Of a stretch of DNA of 64,000 nt, positions 37,787 through 47,747 are shown in pieces; position 1 is the stretch's first letter; every line of letters begins with the position of its first letter. The notes beneath the pieces were generated by a model, which made no database searches, had not been told where the DNA came from, and saw only the letters and a list, made by a program, of their open reading frames with translations. The position numbers and the translations under genes were made by a program. The stretch lies in the IMG/VR virus record IMGVR_UViG_3300042261_002385, positions 1-64,000 of that record, one strand, 5' to 3'.

Positions 37787-38656
37787 TTAAATTTCTGTTT
37801 TATAAATATTTTCTTCTAAATAAGTCAATAGATTTTCAAGTAGATTGTTTGCTCTTTCAAAAAACTCTTTTGTTTTTTTAAAGTTTTTATTAGCCGTATT
37901 ATAGTCGATTCCTCTATTGACGTAAAAAGCCTCAACTAACTCATCTGGAACATAAATACCAGAATATTTTAATTGCATAATAAATGGCATTACTACGTTT
38001 TTAGGATTATGAGCAAATCCATCATCTAATACATCACTGTATGATGGTGGTAATTCTTTGCCTTCATAATCATTGGCACCATCATCACCGTGAACATAAA
38101 AAGCAGCAACTTTTCCTTCTAAATGGTTTCTTAATAAATGATTATGATTTCCAGAACGAGCGAATTTTCCAGTAACTTCTGAGTTTTTTATATTATCATC
38201 ACCCATTAACTTTTTTGCATCACTTATTGTGAGTGTTTGATTAACACAAACAAGTCTATCAAAAAGTAATTTAATTTGAGAAGTTAGTGAGTGCCAATGA
38301 ATTGGTGAAACAACAATAAACGCATCACATTGTTTTAGTAGGTCGTATACACCTTCTTCTTTTAGTAAGTCAGGTTTTTCTGAATCTCCTTTAAAATAAC
38401 AAGAACAGGAAAAGTGACAGTGAAATCCACCTGAAGTTGAGATACATCCTTTACAAGGTTGTATAGTAGGTCTTTTGGATTGATTTACAGATAAATCTAT
38501 TACTTGAAAATTGATAAATGGTGACCATTTTTTTAAAATGTATTCAACAACTTTATGAGTCTTAGACTCCATGTTGGAACAAGTCTCAGGATCTCTTGGT
38601 GAGCCCTGAAAAACTAATACTCGTGGTTTCCAATCCCCTAATTTTCTAATTTTCAT
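37787..38656 (-). CDS. flavodoxin-fold iron-sulfur flavoprotein / NADPH-FMN reductase family
   Basis: FQGSPR, CKGC..CHFSCSC and SPIHWHSLTSQIKLLFDRL motifs. Confidence 0.8.
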   Translation of the reverse strand: MKIRKLGDWKPRVLVFQGSPRDPETCSNMESKTHKVVEYILKKWSPFINFQVIDLSVNQSKRPTIQPCKGCISTSGGFHCHFSCSCYFKGDSEKPDLLKEEGVYDLLKQCDAFIVVSPIHWHSLTSQIKLLFDRLVCVNQTLTISDAKKLMGDDNIKNSEVTGKFARSGNHNHLLRNHLEGKVAAFYVHGDDGANDYEGKELPPSYSDVLDDGFAHNPKNVVMPFIMQLKYSGIYVPDELVEAFYVNRGIDYNTANKNFKKTKEFFERANNLLENLLTYLEENIYKTEI

Positions 38657-38680
38657 TAGGGTATATATTAAAAGATAAAA

Positions 38681-38995
38681 CTAACTAGCGGTATTTCCAG
38701 TAAAGAATATCTTTTTTTCATCAATTAATCTTTCTAACAAAACTGGATCTTCGGATTCTATGATATAATGAACTCCTTCATTTCTCATTAAGAAGAAATA
38801 TTTGATACCATCTATTTCAACATCATAAACTCTGATATGTTTAGGGTATTTTTCCATATCAAAACCTCTTGTCCAAGAAAGTATTTGATTTACTTCTTCA
38901 TTTGTTTCATAGTTTACAGTCTTGAAGGTATAAAGGTCTTCTGGTTCAGAAACGAACCAATGCTTTTTTTCTTTACTAAAATAAACTTTATTCAT
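38681..38995 (-). CDS. hypothetical protein
   Basis: 104-aa ORF. Confidence 0.6.
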   Translation of the reverse strand: MNKVYFSKEKKHWFVSEPEDLYTFKTVNYETNEEVNQILSWTRGFDMEKYPKHIRVYDVEIDGIKYFFLMRNEGVHYIIESEDPVLLERLIDEKKIFFTGNTAS

Positions 38996-38996
38996 T

Positions 38997-39344
38997 TTAA
39001 ATATTTTTTTTAACTAAACTTTCTAAAGTTTTTTTAAGCTCCTTAGTAAGTTCAACTTCATCTTCATCAATGTAGAGATAGTCAATATCTATTTCTACAT
39101 CAGTGATATGCACTTCACCATCTTCTGGTTCCATATAAGTCGCAGGTTGATACCAAGACCAACCTCTAATTGTGAGAGTAAAGTCAATCATAACTTCAAC
39201 ACCACCACAATCAAATGTCAGAACTTGTGCATCTTGACTGTAGTAACCGTCATACTCACAAATATAATAATCCCAATCATCAAAAACTTCTTTACTCTTA
39301 AGAACTAAGTTATCAAAATCAATCAGTTTTTTTATTGGAATCAT
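38997..39344 (-). CDS. hypothetical acidic protein
   Basis: 115-aa ORF; TATCTTTG box at 39365-39372. Confidence 0.65.
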   Translation of the reverse strand: MIPIKKLIDFDNLVLKSKEVFDDWDYYICEYDGYYSQDAQVLTFDCGGVEVMIDFTLTIRGWSWYQPATYMEPEDGEVHITDVEIDIDYLYIDEDEVELTKELKKTLESLVKKNI

Positions 39345-39407
39345 ATATATACTTATTATTTATACAAAGATAGTAAGAACTAACGAAATTAGAAAGTATT
39401 TAAGGAT

Positions 39408-39884
39408 TTAATTTAGAAAAATTATTTGATCGAAGCCTTCTTCGTATGTAGGTTCCTGGTATGAGTCAATCATAGATTTTATTACAGATGGAGGTATCCA
39501 CTTATTCTCTTTTGAATTTCTATCAATGTTTCTTTTTTGATATTCTTCATCGGACAATATTGGAAATACTACGGCAACTTTTGTGTGGTTAGGAAAATTT
39601 AACAATGTTGCTTTTCTTCTTTTAGCACTCATATTTGTCATATCAATTGTAGTAGAAATACCGTTGAGACCAGCTTGTTGTAGTCTTTCTAATAATAATT
39701 TATCAACTTGTTTTTGGTCTACAGTTTCAAAGGCTAAGTTATAGTCTCTAGTTCCTGCGACTTCCATAACTATTTCATCTCTTGATATAACGTAAGTATT
39801 TGGATAGTTGTTTCTTATCCAAGTTGATTTACCAGATAAAGTAGGTCCAACCAAAACCAAAACAAAAGGTTCTTTTAATTTCAT
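39408..39884 (-). CDS. AAA_33 / polynucleotide-kinase-like P-loop protein
   Basis: LVGPTLSGKSTW, ISRDEI and IDMTN...RR motifs; start reassigned to 39884, 4 nt after the TATATTTG box. Confidence 0.8.
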   Translation of the reverse strand: MKLKEPFVLVLVGPTLSGKSTWIRNNYPNTYVISRDEIVMEVAGTRDYNLAFETVDQKQVDKLLLERLQQAGLNGISTTIDMTNMSAKRRKATLLNFPNHTKVAVVFPILSDEEYQKRNIDRNSKENKWIPPSVIKSMIDSYQEPTYEEGFDQIIFLN

Positions 39885-39936
39885 ACTACAAATATATATT
39901 AAATAATTTAAAACAGGAAAATTAATATATAGATTT

Positions 39937-41847
39937 ATGATTTTAAGATATAATAATTTCATTGAAGGAGATACACTTTTTGAAAGTTTAATAAATGAAA
40001 CTTATGTTTATTACGTAAAAGACTTTAAAGATGTTCTTTATAAATTATCAAGACAATCTCAGATAGCAAAAGATCTTATTGATTTAGAATATAGAGATGT
40101 TAAAAATGATATGACTTTTATTTCTCTTTCTGATAGAGAAGGATACATTTCAGGTTCTACATTAAGAAACTTAAAAAAGAATGTAGAAAAATCTTTCAAA
40201 GATTGGGCTGAAGGCCAAAATTTAGGTGATGAACGAACTCAAAAAGTTTTAGACACAATGATTGACAAAATTGAAAAAGGTGAGACCTCTCAATCGGATG
40301 TCAATTTTATGTTTAAAGAATATGATTTAGGGACCAAATCAAGAAATGATGTAAAACTAGGTAGATTGATAAATGCACTTTTGCCAGGAAAATACACTTC
40401 AAAAGATATTGAAGAATTTACAAATAAATTTAAAGCTACTCTTTCAAACCAAGGTGAACGCTTTGAAGAAGTTTCTGGTGAGGATATTGAAAATTGGTAT
40501 TCAGCTGGAAACTATAAAGAAATGTCTGGAACTCTTGGAAACTCTTGTATGGCACAAAAAACTGGACTGTTTAAGATTTATACTGAAAATCCAGATGTTT
40601 GTAAGATGTTAATTCTTTTAGAAGACGATAAACTAATTGGAAGAGCCCTAGTATGGAAATTGAGTTCAATTAAAATTTATGGAAAAGATCCAGCACAAGA
40701 TAGTTGGTTTATGGATAGACAATATACAATTAAAGATTCCGATGTTGAGAAATTCAGAAACTACGCTAAAGAAAAAGGTTGGATTTATAAGTCATCTAAT
40801 AATCATCATTCGTTTAGTAATGTAACAATAGAAGGAGAAGAAAAAAATGCCACATTAGAAGTTCAAGTGAAAGCAACTAACTACGGTCAATATCCATATA
40901 TGGATACTTTCAGAAGATTTGATCCGAATGAAGGAATTCTTTATAACGATGATGATGAAGATGAAAGCTATGAAGGTCAATACATTTTATCCGATACGGG
41001 TGGTGGATATCAAGAAATTGAATCCGGTGTTTGGTCTGAATGGCATGATAGAAGAATTCCACATGATGAAGCAGTTTGGTCTGATTGGGCCGATTCTTAT
41101 CTTTATAGAGATAGTGCAATTTATATAGAAACAGGATCTCGTAGATATAGAGACTCTTGGTATCCAGAAGATTGTGATGACATTGTTTATGATGAGTGGA
41201 TTGATGAACCAATACATACTGATGATGCTGTTTACTCAGATGCTTATGGTTACCATCTTTATGACGAAAATGCTGTTGAAGCTATTAAGAAAATAGACTC
41301 TGATGGAGAAGCAATTGGAGCTGATTCAAACTGGTATCATCGTGATGATGATGATATTATTCATGCAGGTTATTACAGAGGTCAAAAATGGTATAAAATA
41401 CTTTCACAAGAATGGTCGAGTTGGGTCGATTATGATTGGGCTTTAAGAGAATTATTTACATTAGACTATAAAGATGAGCCTATTCCAGTAAGATATGAAT
41501 TAGATGTTTATAAAATAATTGGTGAAAAACCAGAGGAGTTAGACAATGTTAAATATCTATCTAAGGTAGATGCATTAGTTTTAGGTATTAAAATTGATAA
41601 TGAGACCGAAAGATTTACTGACAAATTTGCTTATGAAGATAGTATCTTATCTATAAGAGATATGATTAAATCTAAACTTAACTCAGAAATAAAAAGAATT
41701 GAAGATATAATTGAAGAAAGGGGTCAATTACAAATTAAATTCAGTGACGAGGAGAAAGAAAATTATAGAAAACAAATCAGAGGTAAATTAGAAAGATATC
41801 AAACCAGATTAGAAGAAATAGACACAAATGAATTTATTGAAAAATAA
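39937..41847 (+). CDS. large conserved phage protein with tag-like N-terminus and acidic ~13-aa repeats
   Basis: MILRYNNFIE; SCM, GRALVW, FMDRQY and YPYMDTF motifs; AATATATA at 39924-39931. Confidence 0.75.
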   Translation: MILRYNNFIEGDTLFESLINETYVYYVKDFKDVLYKLSRQSQIAKDLIDLEYRDVKNDMTFISLSDREGYISGSTLRNLKKNVEKSFKDWAEGQNLGDERTQKVLDTMIDKIEKGETSQSDVNFMFKEYDLGTKSRNDVKLGRLINALLPGKYTSKDIEEFTNKFKATLSNQGERFEEVSGEDIENWYSAGNYKEMSGTLGNSCMAQKTGLFKIYTENPDVCKMLILLEDDKLIGRALVWKLSSIKIYGKDPAQDSWFMDRQYTIKDSDVEKFRNYAKEKGWIYKSSNNHHSFSNVTIEGEEKNATLEVQVKATNYGQYPYMDTFRRFDPNEGILYNDDDEDESYEGQYILSDTGGGYQEIESGVWSEWHDRRIPHDEAVWSDWADSYLYRDSAIYIETGSRRYRDSWYPEDCDDIVYDEWIDEPIHTDDAVYSDAYGYHLYDENAVEAIKKIDSDGEAIGADSNWYHRDDDDIIHAGYYRGQKWYKILSQEWSSWVDYDWALRELFTLDYKDEPIPVRYELDVYKIIGEKPEELDNVKYLSKVDALVLGIKIDNETERFTDKFAYEDSILSIRDMIKSKLNSEIKRIEDIIEERGQLQIKFSDEEKENYRKQIRGKLERYQTRLEEIDTNEFIEK

Positions 41848-41848
41848 T

Positions 41849-42436
41849 TTATTTTAGGCTCATAACCTTCTTTGCTTCATTAAAAGAATCCTTACATCTT
41901 TCAGGAGTCATACAATAACTTCTTGTGTGAAGATAACCACTACTATTATAAATCTCTCTTACAAACTTATCTTCAATCTTTCGAAAACCATGAAGTTTCA
42001 AAACAAGTTTATAGTAATCTAAACAATTGTCTAGGCTAATTGGTGCTTCATAAAGAATAAAATTAGAATGACCAGATAGTAGTTTAGAAATATTCGATTT
42101 TACAAATGGTGTAATTTCTAATTTTGAAAGAAAAGAAACTTTTTGAGGACTTGATTTGACAGATTCAACAATTAAATCTTTTAGTTTTTGAACATTTTGA
42201 GCATATTCATCACCAAGCATGATATCTAATTTATTTTCTCTGGTAAGAATTGATTGATAAGTATCTAAAAGTTCAGAACCAGTCAAATCTGATTTTATCT
42301 CAGCTTCTAAAACTCGGATTCTATATTTAGAAATATCTTTACGATTAATTTTATCATTGGTTAGTAGTTTAGCAACAGAGTCTTCATCGTATAAGACTTT
42401 AACATCATCATTTGTATAAACTAAATATAACATCAT
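41849..42436 (-). CDS. hypothetical early protein; internal RENKLDIML motif
   Basis: 195 aa; TTTG-N19-TATTTTTG promoter at 42442-42472. Confidence 0.7.
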   Translation of the reverse strand: MMLYLVYTNDDVKVLYDEDSVAKLLTNDKINRKDISKYRIRVLEAEIKSDLTGSELLDTYQSILTRENKLDIMLGDEYAQNVQKLKDLIVESVKSSPQKVSFLSKLEITPFVKSNISKLLSGHSNFILYEAPISLDNCLDYYKLVLKLHGFRKIEDKFVREIYNSSGYLHTRSYCMTPERCKDSFNEAKKVMSLK

Positions 42437-42477
42437 AATTACAAAAATAATGATTTAGTTCAAACTCACAAAATTTT

Positions 42478-43200
42478 TTACAATCTTTCTTCTGCTAATT
42501 GACAATAATCTTCTGTAATATCAAAACCAATATAATTTCTTCCTAATTTTTTTGCTACTGATGTCGTTGTTCCACTACCATTAAATGGATCCAAAACGAC
42601 GCTTCCGATGTAAGAGTGCATTTTGATACAGCGAATTGCCAATTCTTCTGGATAAGGTGCTGGGTGATTTCTTTTTTTAGCACTTTCTGGAGCAATTACC
42701 CAAAGACCATTTGTCCATTGAACAAACTCTTCTTTAGTTAAATCAGTTTCACCTTTTTCTAAAATCTTAGGTGATCCTTTATGAAAATTGATTATCATTT
42801 CAAAAGGAGGGAGAATTCTTGGATTTGATGGACTTTTCCAACTACCCCAAGCCGTTCTTTTGGGAATTTGATTTTTATTCCAAATAATAAACTCTCTAAA
42901 AGTGAATCCTACTTCTTGAAATATATTTGTAAAGGTCGCGTAAGATGGTTCATTTAACTGAGACTGAAAACAACCAATTTGTAAACAAAATCTACCACCT
43001 GGTTTCAGAACTCTATAACACTCTGAAATCCACTCTTTACACCAGTTGTAATAAGCTTCGAGTTTCATCGAGTCATTGTGATGAGCGTATTCTATATTTA
43101 GATTATAAGGAGGTGATGTTAAAACTAAATCAACCGTTGCCTCAGTCATTTGTTTTAAACCCTCAATACAATCACCGTGGTAGATTTTATTTACTTCCAT
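42478..43200 (-). CDS. orphan beta-class DNA methyltransferase (N4-C / N6-A)
   Basis: LTSPPYN (motif IV) before VLDPFNGSGTT (motif I); HPAPYPEEL; start reassigned to MEVNKIYHGD. Confidence 0.9.
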   Translation of the reverse strand: MEVNKIYHGDCIEGLKQMTEATVDLVLTSPPYNLNIEYAHHNDSMKLEAYYNWCKEWISECYRVLKPGGRFCLQIGCFQSQLNEPSYATFTNIFQEVGFTFREFIIWNKNQIPKRTAWGSWKSPSNPRILPPFEMIINFHKGSPKILEKGETDLTKEEFVQWTNGLWVIAPESAKKRNHPAPYPEELAIRCIKMHSYIGSVVLDPFNGSGTTTSVAKKLGRNYIGFDITEDYCQLAEERL

Positions 43201-43201
43201 A

Positions 43202-43969
43202 TTATTTAAAAGGATAACAATTATCAATCATTCTGTGATGAAGGTTAGCAATTCTAACAACCTTTGTTACTGGAAATTCAAAATCTTCAGTGTCTATTGC
43301 TTCGTTACAAGAGTCAATCATATTAATCCATTGGTCAGAGATATATTCCCACTTACCTTCATTATGCCATTGTTCAAAGGTTTCTCTCATTTCTTCCTCA
43401 TCCCAACTTTCAACGTCCTCCTTTTTAGTATAAGAATCTTCTGAACATTGACTAAGAAGATATTCTTTAACTTCTTCGATGTCTTCATCACCGTTTACAT
43501 AGTATGCTGGATCTCCGATACACTCATCTTCTAAAGAATTTTCATCTTCTGAGTATACACCATTATAAATACGAGCGACTCCACACTGAGTTTCAGTTTC
43601 ATCCCACCATTTACAAGTCAACTCAACATTTGGAAAATCCTGACAAAGACTATATAACTTAATTAAAAAACCATCGGGAATGTATGAAGGTGATTCAATT
43701 CTGATATCATCATCGATTCCTACAGTAATCCATTTTGTTCCAACATTGTCATAAAGCCAACCATGCATTACACCAGAATCTGAAATTGGATATTCAGTCT
43801 CACCATTGTTGTAAGGTTTGCTAAGTTCTTCTTCTGTGTAAAAAGTTTTAACGATTTGTAGAGTTTCTTTACCATATTCAGCACTAGGCATAGATTCAAT
43901 CATATCACAGATTTTGTCCATAGCTTCTTGTGGTTCTATAGTAACGCGAGAGTAAATAAAATTTGCCAT
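43202..43969 (-). CDS. hypothetical protein, paralogue A (possible YubB/DUF1281-like ferredoxin fold)
   Basis: MANFIYSRVTIEPQEAM; NVGTKW; CKWWDETETQCGVA. Confidence 0.7.
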   Translation of the reverse strand: MANFIYSRVTIEPQEAMDKICDMIESMPSAEYGKETLQIVKTFYTEEELSKPYNNGETEYPISDSGVMHGWLYDNVGTKWITVGIDDDIRIESPSYIPDGFLIKLYSLCQDFPNVELTCKWWDETETQCGVARIYNGVYSEDENSLEDECIGDPAYYVNGDEDIEEVKEYLLSQCSEDSYTKKEDVESWDEEEMRETFEQWHNEGKWEYISDQWINMIDSCNEAIDTEDFEFPVTKVVRIANLHHRMIDNCYPFK

Positions 43970-43994
43970 AATTTAGTTATTATTTTTTTGTTTA

Positions 43995-44747
43995 TTAATT
44001 TTCGAATGGATAGCAATTAGGAATCATTTCAAATCTCATTTTTGCTATTTTTTTAATTTTTAAGATAGGTGTTTCTTCAAGTGGATTTTTTATAGCTTCA
44101 TCACATAGTTGGAACATTTCAGACCAACTATTTGAAATACTATTCCACTTTTCATCAATTTTACTATTTTCGAATAAATCTCTTAAGTCATCTTCTTGCA
44201 TAAGTTCAATATCTTCAGAGTAGACAACATTCGACAAATTCGTTCTAATCCAGTCTTTTACAATTTCAATGTCTTCAAAACCAGATGGATAATAACACGT
44301 ATCGAAAACTCCTTCAGATTCAAAATAAACTTCATCTTCAGTGTAGTGACCGTTTTTGACAAGTGCAACACCACACTGAGTTTCAGTTTCATCCCACCAC
44401 TTACAGTTTATAGAGACATCATCAAATTCTTGAATACAGTGTTCATATAATTTTATAAGAAAACCAGCTGGAATTATAGTAGGTGAGTTGATAGTAATTT
44501 CATCATCTTCAACATTAGCATTAACCCAACTTGTTCCGATATTGTTTTCTAACCAAACACGGTCAACAGTTGTTTCAGATATATTTGATAAAAAATCTTC
44601 ACTAAATTGGTCAGAATAAAATTTTTTGATAACTGCTTTTGTTTCTTGTCCAAAAGGAACATTTGAAATACTTTTAATCATATCATAAATTTTATTCATA
44701 GCCTCTTGTGGTTGAATTGTGACTTTAGAATAAATAAAATTCGCCAT
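43995..44747 (-). CDS. hypothetical protein, paralogue B of 43202-43969
   Basis: MANFIYSKVTIQPQEAM; CKWWDETETQCGVA. Confidence 0.7.
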   Translation of the reverse strand: MANFIYSKVTIQPQEAMNKIYDMIKSISNVPFGQETKAVIKKFYSDQFSEDFLSNISETTVDRVWLENNIGTSWVNANVEDDEITINSPTIIPAGFLIKLYEHCIQEFDDVSINCKWWDETETQCGVALVKNGHYTEDEVYFESEGVFDTCYYPSGFEDIEIVKDWIRTNLSNVVYSEDIELMQEDDLRDLFENSKIDEKWNSISNSWSEMFQLCDEAIKNPLEETPILKIKKIAKMRFEMIPNCYPFEN

Positions 44748-44776
44748 AATTTAAAGTTTATTTTTTATATAAATTT

Positions 44777-45502
44777 TTACTTCAAAGTTTGACTACAAAT
44801 TAAAACTCTGACTTTATTATTTTCGGTCTTTACAAGTCTGTGATAACCATCTATCACTTTAAAATTAGTGCCATTTTTTTTAACAATACCTCTTATACCA
44901 GAATATTCTTTATCAGAGTAATGATGAAGGCCATCTATAATAATATTTGATTTGTGTTCTCTGTTAGGAAATATTATACTATCAATTGAAATAGTATCAA
45001 CATAATAATCACAGTCCTTTATACTATCAATTAAAAATCCATTTTCAAGTATAAGCAATCCTTCTACTCTTTCAGATAAATCATCTATTAATAGATGTTG
45101 TTCAATTTTATCAGAAAGCTTTACTAATATTTCTTCTTTAAGTTTGATTTCTTCTATTTCTTGTCCATAATAACCGTTACAAATAGTTGTTTGCCAATTT
45201 TCGGATTTCCAAACATTAAATATTCTTAATATTCTATCAATAGTGTATTTTTCTATTTCAGAAGATATACCCCACAGTGAATTTATTTTATTATTTCTCT
45301 TTGTTGATAGTGTATTTGAAAAAATGTCAGAGTAAATCTCATTAGTCAATTTAGAAATATCAATGTAATTAATTTTTATATTAGTAATTACACCACATCT
45401 ACAAAGACCTTCTTCATAGCAACAAGAAGTTTCGCAACTATATTCAGTATCATAAGTATATGAGACTAAGTGTTGAAAATCATTTCTTAAGAATTCTATC
45501 AT
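44777..45502 (-). CDS. protein with C-terminal ParB/Srx-like domain
   Basis: FKVIDGYHRL; Cys-rich N-terminus; internal RNNKINSL motif. Confidence 0.6.
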   Translation of the reverse strand: MIEFLRNDFQHLVSYTYDTEYSCETSCCYEEGLCRCGVITNIKINYIDISKLTNEIYSDIFSNTLSTKRNNKINSLWGISSEIEKYTIDRILRIFNVWKSENWQTTICNGYYGQEIEEIKLKEEILVKLSDKIEQHLLIDDLSERVEGLLILENGFLIDSIKDCDYYVDTISIDSIIFPNREHKSNIIIDGLHHYSDKEYSGIRGIVKKNGTNFKVIDGYHRLVKTENNKVRVLICSQTLK

Positions 45503-45801
45503 TTTTTATTTTTAATTCTCATTTTATGAGACTTTCCTTCTAAAATCTTATAGATGTAAACCTTGTTATCTTTCACTTGTGAAAAAACGTCTAGTAAAGC
45601 AGAACCATTAATTTGATACCAATTCATAGGCAGCAATTCTTCTTTTGGGTAAATCGCATGTTGGTTCAATCTATTGATTGTTTTTGTTTTATCGTTGATA
45701 GGTTTATCTAAATAAAAAAACCCCTCAAATTTAAGAACTTTTTGTTTTTCTTTAATCTGTTCCTTAATTTTTGATATAATGTGAGTTCTGATAAAGTCCA
45801 T
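45499..45801 (-). CDS. hypothetical protein
   Basis: 100 aa, coupled to its neighbours. Confidence 0.65.
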   Translation of the reverse strand: MDFIRTHIISKIKEQIKEKQKVLKFEGFFYLDKPINDKTKTINRLNQHAIYPKEELLPMNWYQINGSALLDVFSQVKDNKVYIYKILEGKSHKMRIKNKK

Positions 45802-46196
45802 TAGAATAAATGTTTGTTTGCGTTATCTAAATATGATTGTATGTTTTTTCTACCTGCAGGATTTGCAGAGTGAACGATATATTTTGGAAGAATACTTCCG
45901 TTGTCTACACAATAATCTACTAACCATTTAGCACAATCAAGTCCAGTCTCTTCAACTCCAAGTTGATCTGATGAAAACTCCCAATCAGAAAAGTCAACTT
46001 CGTAATGAATGTCTGCTAAATCGTGGTCAAAACTTATTAAGTCTGGAACACCATTAGATAATATCCAGTTTACAAACTCTCTATAATTTCTTACAATAGA
46101 CCAATCGTTATCCCAAAATATCTTGTTGTAGTTAGATGGAACCAAGTTTATTGCATCTTTCGGCTGTCTTATATCATCTAAAAATAGTTTTTTCAT
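45801..46196 (-). CDS. cyclic-phosphate-processing receiver-domain protein
   Basis: LFLDDIR.P, VRNY.EF, ISFDHDL, TGLDCAKWL and VHSANPAG motifs. Confidence 0.8.
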   Translation of the reverse strand: MKKLFLDDIRQPKDAINLVPSNYNKIFWDNDWSIVRNYREFVNWILSNGVPDLISFDHDLADIHYEVDFSDWEFSSDQLGVEETGLDCAKWLVDYCVDNGSILPKYIVHSANPAGRKNIQSYLDNANKHLF

Positions 46197-46615
46197 TTTT
46201 TCTCTTTTTTATATCTATCAATTACTCTACCTCTAAGTTCTGTAGTAGAAAATGAATGTTTTCTTGAGTTGTAATAAATTTCTACGTGTTGTAAATCTTT
46301 ACCAGTAAAATCTTTTTGTTTATATTCATCACCAACAATTCTAATATCAATCGGATAAGAATGTAGTATGTCCAATAATTCTTTTTCTGTAGCGTAAATT
46401 ACAATTTCATCAACATATTTACAGGCTTCTAATTGAACAAATCTTTCAAATATACTTTGAATAGGTTTATTTTTATCTGGTCTATCAACAGTCGGATCGG
46501 TTTGTAACCCTACAATAAGATAGTCACACACGGATTTTGCTTCTTTTAACATCATTATATGCCCTGCGTGAAAAAGATCAAAACAAGAGCAAGTAAATCC
46601 AACTTTTTTACTCAT
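46193..46615 (-). CDS. TagD/RfaE2-like cytidylyltransferase
   Basis: FDLFHAGH, LIVGL and RKHSFSTTELR motifs. Confidence 0.85.
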   Translation of the reverse strand: MSKKVGFTCSCFDLFHAGHIMMLKEAKSVCDYLIVGLQTDPTVDRPDKNKPIQSIFERFVQLEACKYVDEIVIYATEKELLDILHSYPIDIRIVGDEYKQKDFTGKDLQHVEIYYNSRKHSFSTTELRGRVIDRYKKEKK

Positions 46616-46797
46616 TAGTCTAAATAAATTTCATGGAAGACAATACAGTAAGCATTGAGTTTAGCCGCTTGTTCAAAAGTCATAGAAAAAGAGTCTTTAT
46701 CATTTTGTGACAATTCCTTTTCCATTTTTTGAATTAGTGCGTTAGCGTAAATTTGAGCTAAATTTTTGATAATATTTATTCTTAATTTCTTTAACAT
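46615..46797 (-). CDS. small hypothetical protein
   Basis: 60 aa, TAATG-coupled. Confidence 0.55.
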   Translation of the reverse strand: MLKKLRINIIKNLAQIYANALIQKMEKELSQNDKDSFSMTFEQAAKLNAYCIVFHEIYLD

Positions 46798-46827
46798 AGA
46801 TACTTTTTTTGCTAATATACAAAAAAA

Positions 46828-47292
46828 TTAAGGAAGTTGAAAGTTTTTTAGAAATTCTTTTTCAATTGTAGATAATTTATCTACGGAACCAAGAGCCGAT
46901 ATCCGGTCTAATACGTTATCTATATTTAAATGTTCAAATATCCAGTCATTTACATCGTCGATAAAAAAACTATACTTTATAGAATTGATTGTGCTCAATA
47001 ATGGTTTTAATTCATCTTCTAAGTCAATTTTAAACTCTAAAATGTCGTTAGACAAGTCTGATATTGCATGAATTATAAGATTATTAATTAGAATATCTGA
47101 ATATTTTTGTAATTCAGTAGGTTTACAAATGACGTAACAAATATATCTGTCTTTATAATCTTGATAGTCAAAGAAAGATTCGGCATCTAAATCAGAAATT
47201 TTTTGTTTTTCATGTTCAGAAAGCCTTTCATATTCATCATTTAGACCAGATGAAGACTTTTCAAACATAATTTTGTAAACATGACTTTTCAT
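46828..47292 (-). CDS. hypothetical protein
   Basis: 154 aa; AAACTT-N15-TATATA upstream. Confidence 0.7.
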   Translation of the reverse strand: MKSHVYKIMFEKSSSGLNDEYERLSEHEKQKISDLDAESFFDYQDYKDRYICYVICKPTELQKYSDILINNLIIHAISDLSNDILEFKIDLEDELKPLLSTINSIKYSFFIDDVNDWIFEHLNIDNVLDRISALGSVDKLSTIEKEFLKNFQLP

Positions 47293-47355
47293 AGAGTATA
47301 TATTTTTTTATTTTTTTAAGTTTAATCTTTATGCTTGTTTTTAGATATAATATTG

Positions 47356-47745
47356 ATGGAAGAAAAAAAACTACCAGATTCATATGTTCCTGACAGAAGA
47401 CTCAAAGAGTACCCAACCGAATTAGGCTCTCAGAACTTCTCTCCTGATGATATACAATTATTTAAATTAGAAAAAACTAGTAAACTTAAACATCACTTCT
47501 CATCTAAATTCGAAGAAATTCAAAAAGAATATCAAAAATTGATTAAAGAAATTTCAATAAACGAAAGACTTTATTTAGCAAAACATAACTTTGAACCATT
47601 AGCTGGTCACACTTACTTTCTTTATCAAAAAAACAACGAAGAGTTCTTATCTATAATTTCACCAGAAGAATGGAAAAATAGATATACTTATATAGGTAAG
47701 TTTCAATTTTTATCAGATGGTCGTTGGTTAGAAATTGATGACTAA
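47356..47745 (+). CDS. DUF2452-like protein
   Basis: YPTELGS..F and FEPLAGHTYFLY...LSIISPEEW motifs; start reassigned to MEEKK. Confidence 0.7.
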   Translation: MEEKKLPDSYVPDRRLKEYPTELGSQNFSPDDIQLFKLEKTSKLKHHFSSKFEEIQKEYQKLIKEISINERLYLAKHNFEPLAGHTYFLYQKNNEEFLSIISPEEWKNRYTYIGKFQFLSDGRWLEIDD

Positions 47746-47747
47746 TT

